From: Sphaerodactylus townsendi
Taxonomy: Eukaryota
NCBI RefSeq assembly: GCF_021028975.2
Contig: NC_059429.1
Span: 47,430,001 to 47,494,000 of the forward strand
Length of the DNA: 64,000 bases
Reading direction: 5' to 3'
Part shown: positions 56,001 to 64,000 of the stretch, piece after piece
How the letters are laid out: the number at the start of each line of letters is the position of its first letter
Position numbering within the stretch: position 1 is the first letter of the stretch
Translations under genes and position numbers: made by a program
The notes under the pieces: model-generated
Seen by the model: the letters and a program-made list of their open reading frames with translations, nothing else
The model's database searches: none
Told to the model about the DNA's origin: nothing

Positions 56001-58245
56001 GATATTAATATTACACTTTCAGAATACTGCTACCTCATGGAACGAATAGATCGCCAACACTACAACTTAGATAACCAATATGATCATTCTCCCTTACTTA
56101 TAGTAGGAAAATGGAAGAGATATAAGAGACAGGTGTCTATCAGAGCAATTCTAAGTCGATCTACTTGGAATCCTACTCAAGTCTATTCAATTGGGTTTCC
56201 TTCAGCAGAGTGTTCTTATGATTGCACTGTGTGTCTTCTCATCTCTACAGAGTCTTTAACTGGGTCTTTGATTCCAGCTCCATTCTGGTGGCTGATACTG
56301 TTTCACTTTTTATTGACCTAATCTGGAAAAAATAACAATAATTCACACTGTCTTCCTGGATATTATTCCAGTAGGCTAATAGTACTCCTGAGTTAAATCA
56401 GGAATTTGAGCACTGTGAAATTTTGAGCGTGTTCAATGTAAAGAGCAGCTGAAATTTACCTTGGCCGCTGTTGCTGCCCGGGCGTGGGGCAGGCTCAGTG
56501 CCAGCATCCATCCTAGTGTGGGGGTAGGCCACCCAGCTTCTGGCGTGAGTGAGTGACGTGCCTGGAGGAGGCAGGGCCATGGCCTTATATGGGCAGATCG
56601 GGCCATCCTGCGTCTCTTCTCGCCTGAGTACCAACAGCTTCTCTAACCCTCCTTCCCCCGTGGGTCTGAGTTTTTTGTTGTTGGCATTCTGATTACGGTG
56701 ATTGTTGTTGTTATTTGCATTTCATCTGTCACAGCCTGGCAGGTTACACAGGCAAGGAGGAGCCTGCATGCCGGGCCTCCACGAGAGGCCTAGGGGGTGG
56801 AGTGAGCCTGTGAAACACATGCCCAGGCAGGGGCTGCTAGTGGCTCACATCCCATGGCAGCAAGGGGAGTTCATTCAGAGGCCAGAGCCCAGATAGCTCC
56901 CACTATCTTGCTGCTCTGGGCATTGGTGTTTTCCCCCATACATGGGGTTGGGGGGAAATTGTTACTGGGGGACAGCAGACGTTGCTGCCCAGTGCTGGAT
57001 CTGTTCCCTATGCTGCGCCTCTGCTTCCTTTTGCCAGCACACCAATAAAATCACTGTGGCCAAATTTTGCCCACACAATGGGTTTTCTGTGTCTTCTTCT
57101 GTACCCTCGGACTGCTTCCTCCCCTCTTTGGGCGGTAACTTAGATTTTATCTCAGCCAATAGATGTGTATCTCCAAATTACACTTTAAAATGACCTCCCT
57201 ACCCTGTGTTTTGTTTTCAGAGTCATTTTTAGCAGCCCTTGGAGTCCTGCTGAGGCAATAGTTGAAATGATGCCTATTTCTGATGTAATTCAGTTAATGT
57301 TTCATTAGCCTTGGGGATACAGGCTAGACAAAATCACCACCAAGAATTACCGAAGGAACAAAACCTTATTTTATTCTTATTATGCAGTCCTCCTCATCCT
57401 TTCCTTGAAATGTAGATCTACAGAGTCTGCTTGTTTACTTAGCTGGCTGGGCAAATATAAGTGCTCAGCTACTAGGATGGGTGCAATCCTGTAGAGTTTG
57501 TATAAGTTTGTATCAGCATTACCAGGCAGCATCTTGTAGTGTTCTCTGTTGTAGGTTCCAGAGACCGTGGCTTATTCAATATTGAATCCAGTAGCCAAAT
57601 AGTATCTCTTGTGGTTCAAGCCATCTATCATTTTCAAGCACTTCAGAGTTTTCCCATAGTCCCATATACAAAGATCTAAATTTCCAAATGTCTGAATTTA
57701 TTTTAATCGTTAAGTACTTTTGCATAAATTCCATGAAAAAAAATATATTGATGCCTATTCTTAGTAAATATTTTCCAGTTCATTAGATGCTGTTTGTATA
57801 GAAAAATAAAGAAGTGACATCCTTCACACAACAGTCTTTTTGCCAATATTGAGCAGTAGATGCTTGTGTTACACAAAGGGAATACTGGTCATATCTGTAT
57901 TTGCTTACAGGGAGGAAGTGGAAAAGGACTGAAGAGAGCTTTGAGTGGATACTGATGATTGAAAGGTTTAGTGAAATTGTAGTTGCAAGTTTCTCCAGCA
58001 CGATAAGTCATTTGAGAATAAAAGAGTGAGACAAATAGGGGCAGTATGGAGAAGGATATTTAGAGCTAGAAATATCTCCTGGGTAGATTAGGAGACAACT
58101 GCTACATAGAGATTTAAACATGGTCTTAGGCAAAGGAGGCATTGGAATGTTTGTCATTTGCAAATGCTTTTAAATCTGGGTCTATGCCAGATATTTTGTT
58201 AACATGTTGTTTTATTAATTTTGGAAAAGTGGGCAGCTTCTCTAA

Positions 58246-58693
58246 GGCCATTTCTGCACGGCCACGCTGGGGGTTGAATTAAATTACATGACACCAACCC
58301 AACCCGAGGACCGTTAGCATGAGCGGTCCAGGTATCAAGCAAGGAGAAGAGCGAGCCCAGCGGAGCTCCGTGCGATCGATCGACCTACCTTCTCTGCGAC
58401 CGTCTGGCGCATCGCCGAGAACCAGAGGACACCCGCCCTCTTGCTTGACCGCTCCAGAGTCGCTGGGGCAGGAAGAGAAATCTGAGGCCTCGGCGACACG
58501 CCGGACGGTTGCAGAGAAGGTAGGTCAATCGGGCAAAGGGGGGAGGGAAGCCGCTGTTTTCCGAAAACCTTGCTCCCCGAGCGAGGTGGGAAAATGGCGG
58601 CTTCGTGCTGCTGGGGAAAATGCGAACAGCTCCCTGGGGACGGCGTTTTTCCCATCACCCGGGCGCTTGTATTGGGCCCATGCAGAAAGGGCC
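58246..58693. mobile_element. PIF/Harbinger non-autonomous element, CpG-rich
   Basis: TIR GGCCATTTCTGCACGG / CCATGCAGAAAGGGCC; TSD TAA on both sides. Confidence 0.85.
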
Positions 58694-61600
58694 TAAGATA
58701 CTGAATGGATGTTAACCATTCAGTTAATAGATACTATGACCAGCATATTGGTCTCCTAGGCTGCTTCCACATGGTGTTGATTTTCTGTTGATTTTCATTG
58801 CTGCAGTGAATGGAGTGGCATGTTTCATGTGATGTCCCTTTATATCTGCCCCCAACCACCACCACGCACACAACTAATTGTATGGCTTTTCAAAAGTTGG
58901 CAATAAGTACATTGTGACACTGTTATGACACTACAATGATATCCTGACTACCAATGTTTTTTTTAAAAGCTGACACCAAACCTCAAGGGTCATCTTGTTT
59001 AACCCCTTGCACAACACAGGAAATTCACAGCTTCCTCCCCTCCATTCCCCTAGTGACCCCTGCTTTAGGCAGCCTCACTGTTCAAAATGCCTTTGCATGA
59101 CTAGATGTCAGGAATTTATAATCCCCAATAACTTACTCTGTGAGAGGTCATAATTTCTCAATTTATGATACTACAGTGGGTTACTGTGGTAATGATTACA
59201 TACACATTTATTGACAAGCTAGCAAGAGAATTATTTCAGGCAGATAATCAGCAGATAGAAATGACAACTGCTGATTAGTTTTTAAGCCAAACTACAAAGA
59301 ATGAAAAAAAATCCAAAGGATACGGCTTTTTAATGGGAGATTTCCATAAAGCTGTATGCCTTTTTCCCAGCACTTTGTATAAAATGTGATGTGTGCAATC
59401 TAATGTTTTAAATGCTGTTTGCAGCAACCCATTGTTCCATATGGACATTTAAGTGCACTTATAAGTCTAACTAAAAACAAGGACATTTGTGTAAATGTGT
59501 AGGTTCACATTTCATTCAGCCAAGTGTGCCCTCTGTCTTGATTGGAAAGTATTGTGCTTTAAGTGACATATTATATTAATATAAAAGTGCTATCTGTAGT
59601 GATTAATCAATGGCACAAGTTGCACATCAAGCAGCGATCAATGAAAGAGAAATGTGTACTTCTTATCACAGTTAACCCACCATAGCTAAAATTGCTTCAG
59701 AAATAAACCATGTAAGCTACTGAATTTCAGACCCCACTAATTAAATTTGCTTCTATAAGATTAAAACTATGAAAAATTACAGTATTAGTCATTTGTCTTC
59801 TGTGACTACTCTTTAATATACTGTTCTCTTATTAGCCCATTCTGATATCTTTGGCAGGAATGGAATTATCACTGGAATCTGTAATGCTTAATGTTTTCAG
59901 AATTTATTTCCAAGTAATAGTAATTCACTTGCTAGTACAAAAAATTAAAAGTTAGGTGTATTTAATTGTAGTTATCATTTTTTATCCTACTTTTTCAGAT
60001 ATGTTTGCTTCCCAACATGACTTACAGGAATGAAAAATAGTTTAAATGCGATCAAAGTTCAGTATACATATTTTGTGGTGGGGGTGAATAGTTCTCATCT
60101 GAAGTTGATCCAGACAAAAGGGGGGCGGTTCTTCCTCTGATTCAGATAGGAGCAGTGGAACCTCTCAACTTGAGCTGGACCATCATAAAGTAGCAAAATG
60201 CTTGGGTGCTTGCTTCCTCTCCTCTCTCTGATGGTGCTCTCTAATGGCAGCGATATACTGTATATTCCTTCCTGTGCCTGACCAACATGTTAAGTTTTTG
60301 TTAAGAACAACAGAATTTAGGGGGCTAGTTAATTTACATTAGCTCCTATTTTAGCACCTTTGCGTACAACATCCTTCCGCCTTGAATCATGTTTTGCTAT
60401 ATTGTTTTGGAATCGTCCTTCTTAATTTGCCATTTACTGGATCAAAGGGGGAGGGGGGCATTTTGCTTAGAAAGATTTTTGAAATTTTAAAAGTTTGCTG
60501 CTGCATTTTAAATGGGAAGACTGTAGTTGGGCTACATATTCGTTAACTCCAAAGTACTTAACTATAATAATGAAGATAGCACATTGAAGTTAAAAGAAAT
60601 TAATTAAGAATAATGTGAGATACATGAAATCTGGATTCATCTGTAATTATGCACTTGACTACCCAGTCTTAGTCCACTTCCAGAAGTTAGATCTTGTGAC
60701 TGAAGAGGCTGTCATTCTGACTTATGTAAATAAGAATTTTGCTTCCCAACTGTTGCTCTTGTTTGCTTTCCTTTGCTTTACAGAGGACCAGCTTTCCTTC
60801 CCATATTCCTGTCTCACAGGACAGAATGTTAATTGTCAGAAATGTATTTAATGTGGCAACAATTTGAGCCATTTCCTTGAGTGCTTTTTAGCACATATTT
60901 TGCATTCTGCAAAAGTTCCTGAGCAAAGGGTGATGCTGAATCATTACTACAGTTATGGTACAAAGTTATTTTTGATGAAACTGTGCAGAACAGGCATATG
61001 TTAAAAGTAGGCACTGTACAAATTGTGCACATGTATGTACAGCACATGAAGAAGAAACACTTATGGTAGGTTGTGTGTATGTGGACATCCTTGCTGCAAA
61101 TGTGCTTTTACTAAAACAACATGAAAATTGTTCATTCTGGAGAACAGTTCATATTGGAAGGAGGTATTTAGCAAACCCAAACTGGTTCATGCATAGTTAT
61201 ATGAATGAGTACCTACAGATTTTTGTGGATATATTTTCAAATGCACTGAAGCACTGTTCATTTTAATAGAGTTCTTAAATTATTCAAATCAAGTTCTAAT
61301 ATTCCGTTTAAAGTAAGACCTTAGTTATTTAGATCACAATCCTATTGGGGTGGGGGGGATTGACTAGTGAAGCTGGTGCAGGGCTGTGCCAAGGCATTTG
61401 CCCCCTCTGCTGGTACAGGGGGCACCCTCGCCAATGGAGAGGGGAAAGGCACTAGCAGCCAGCTGAACCTCAGCTCTGCAGCAGTGAAACCCAAAAGCCG
61501 GAACCACCATGGAACAATGCTAGCATCTCATTGAATGTCGGCACAAGGGGAAAGTGGGCCGGGGCGTTTCTGGGGTGGAGCTGACGTTAGTTGGTTTCCA

Positions 61601-62806
61601 CCCAGGTTTTACAGTCAGGTATGCCACAACTTGAAGTACATTTAGCCCTATGGACGACTTTCAGGTGGTAGGTTCTTTTTTGTTTTTTCTGCCTCCCTGT
61701 GCTGCCGGAAGGCCCTCTGGAGGTAACAGTGAGGCATGACAGTGAGACATGACAGCGGGGCTGTCCTCAGCCACTTCAGGTTGTGGATTGGGCCACCTGT
61801 ACATTTCTATCCCACCTTTTCTCCAAGAGCTCAAGGTGGTATACATGGTTATTCATCACAACAATCCTGTGAGGTAGATTAGGCTAAGAGAAACTGACCA
61901 AGTTTAACCAGCAGAATTTGAGCCATGGTGTGGATTTGAACCTTCATCTTCAGATCCTGATCCAACACTCTGTTCACCATATCATACAGCTTTCATTGAT
62001 ATTTAAAACAAACTCCTAAATATCTGATAATTCAACTACATTTTCACAATTAATTGGACTAAGTGCAGGATCATGACATAACAGTGCAAATCACAGCAAA
62101 GGAAACTTCTCAAGGATAAAGAATATTCAACCTTTGCTAATCAGTTTTTAACGTATTACGTGTTACCGTAGACAGCATTTGGCCAAATATTTTTTGTGAA
62201 ACAATTGTGGAGGAAAGGTTATGGCTTATGGAAATTATTTTGTTTGACATCAGAAAAGCATGACTAAGGACAAAAAGAATGTCAAGCAAAAATTACCCTG
62301 TCAAGGGGAGACAAAATTTTCAGAATACAGGAAATGCCAGGTTGCTAGTATAGTTGGTCATACAAAGATTTTCTGGGCAGGAAACCAGACTCAGACAAAT
62401 TGAATTTGTAATTGTTATAATCTTCATAAACAAGGAAGTTTTCCCAATAGCACATATTACATAATATACATAATGTAATCTGGCAAAATGAATGTTCATT
62501 GTTTCTGTTCTACAGAACTGAGTTAATTAGTGGTACTGGACCATCATCTGACTTCAAAATCCTTCTGCAAGAAGTGGAAGAGGACGATTCCAATAAAAAA
62601 AAGTTTTTTTTCCATTTAAAGGGAGGTATCAGGCAGGATGGGTAGACAGGAGGACTATTGTACAATCTTTGCTGTGGGTACAGTTTTGGGGGAAAATTGG
62701 ATTGCATTCAAAGCAGAAAAAAGAGCTTCTTCCCTCAGCCAAAGTAGGACTTTTTTGGTCCTGGCTCCAACCTGGTAGAACTCCATGGCCTCTTCCCCAC
62801 ATGTAT

Positions 62807-62958
62807 GGCCTCTTCCCCACATGCATAATCATGCACTTTCAATCCACTTTTCCCAATTGTTTGCAAGTGAGTTTTACTATTCCGCAAAGTAAAATCCAAC
62901 TGCAAAGTGCATTGAAAGTGGATTGAAAGTGCATTATTCTGCACATGCAGAAGGGGTC
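62807..62958. mobile_element. PIF/Harbinger-like MITE (diverged relative of the 9346/47326 family)
   Basis: Shared gtttgcaagtg..ttt..tattccgca and gtgcattattctgca blocks; tandem duplication of the left end (62785-62823). Confidence 0.65.
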
Positions 62959-63250
62959 TAAATCTAGTGAATCTAGTGAATACAATTGGAATGCCAAGAT
63001 TTAATTCAGTTCCACAGGGCCTGTAAGAAAGAAATGTCTGTTGGGCATATGATTGAGGACAGTGACGATCAGAAAATTTCAAGCTGACCTCCCTTTTTCA
63101 CCTCCTCCTACTGTTGGATCCCTAGTTTTGATACAGCTGCCAGCTTAAACCAGATAGGCTTATGATATGTGTGCCAACTATAAGAACTGTATATTTTAAT
63201 AGAATTTTATTTAAATCTATTATTTTAAATTTGAATTTCATATATGTTTA

Positions 63251-64000
63251 TCTATATATATATATAAGCGAATTCCACTCACTGACTCACTTGCCAACGG
63301 AACACAGAAACCGCCGAACCTACGCACTTGAAATTTGGCACTCTGGCTCCTCATGTGCCCAAGGCGCTCAATAAGAAAGGATTTCCGAAAATATTGAATT
63401 CAACTCGAGATATTAGCTATTTACTGTTTTTCCTATTCATCTCTGCCTATCTGCCTGAACATTCCGTGGATGACAGTTGAGCACCAAGGCACTTCCGCTG
63501 GCTTCCCAGTTCCTCTGATGAGTCACTCACTCTAACAGTGATTGGTACTCCGCATTTACATCTACAGCTTCCTGTCACAGGACTTCTCAGTGACGGCCAC
63601 GTTGCTGCTCTAACTCCACTATCCCCATCGACCAGCTGTGGTACTGCCCACCAAACAACAGGCACGCTTGATCCACTGGTGCGATGCCTTAAATACACAC
63701 AGCAACTTACACATTGCATTATACACAGACAGCGCCAGAAAGCTGCTGCAAATTATGCAAAACCCACCCCGCCACTCCACAGGCACGCTGTGAGGAAACA
63801 AGCTACGTGTCACCCCTCAATTCACAAACACACTGTACAGAACTATGCTGACTATCACCCTGAGATTCACAGAGTCACCGCTCTCACCAACACATAGCGA
63901 ACCATGGGTCCCCTGCTATCCAACAGCAATCTGTTCCTTCTACTGCAACCGCTACAGGGGGACTCAACAAATTCATGCAGATGCTGTGATCACCAACATG
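63251..64000 (+). mobile_element. Probable non-autonomous Helitron 5' end, running out of the window
   Basis: A|TCTATATATATA start, actcactgactcac, then ttgaaatttggcac; this layout is recalled from Helitron 5' ends; 3' hairpin/CTRR not visible. Confidence 0.45.

Noticed and set aside
57221-60040. Other AG acceptors (57220, 57555, 57910, 59998) as partners for the 55363 donor
   Set aside because: Phase-2 frames stop after 6-9 codons at three of them and about 28 codons at 57221; none gives a convincing peptide, though 57221 is not excluded

Overview
Eukaryotic (vertebrate) genomic DNA. The repeat landscape points to a squamate reptile, probably a gecko (inference). The window holds the 5' two-thirds of DDAH1 (dimethylarginine dimethylaminohydrolase 1) on the + strand: a TATA-less CpG/CCAAT promoter and coding exons 1-4 (2544-2849, 45051-45150, 46266-46339, 47047-47166; 600 nt = 200 codons, all GT-AG and in phase). 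Exons 5-6, with the catalytic Cys, were not found and presumably lie beyond 64000. Intron 1 (42.2 kb) and intron 4 (>16.8 kb) are packed with TEs: a decayed DIRS tyrosine-recombinase retrotransposon, RTE-X, CR1, L2, RTE-BovB and Dong/R4 LINEs, Penelope fragments, tRNA- and 5S-derived SINEs, many hAT and PIF/Harbinger MITEs with readable TSDs, and a probable Helitron end. There are two N gaps. No prokaryotic-type system or CRISPR array is supported. Best leads: (1) a 442-bp near-perfect palindrome that looks like a template-switch duplication seeded at a MITE hairpin; (2) a candidate nested two-exon micro-ORF in intron 4; (3) a palindromic ~200-bp module shared by hAT elements with different ends; (4) a TE-derived CpG island with a perfect splice donor in intron 1; (5) (TG)40 next to the exon 3 acceptor; (6) stacked Dong/R4 insertions at an (AAT)n site. 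TE family names come from remembered motifs, not from database searches.
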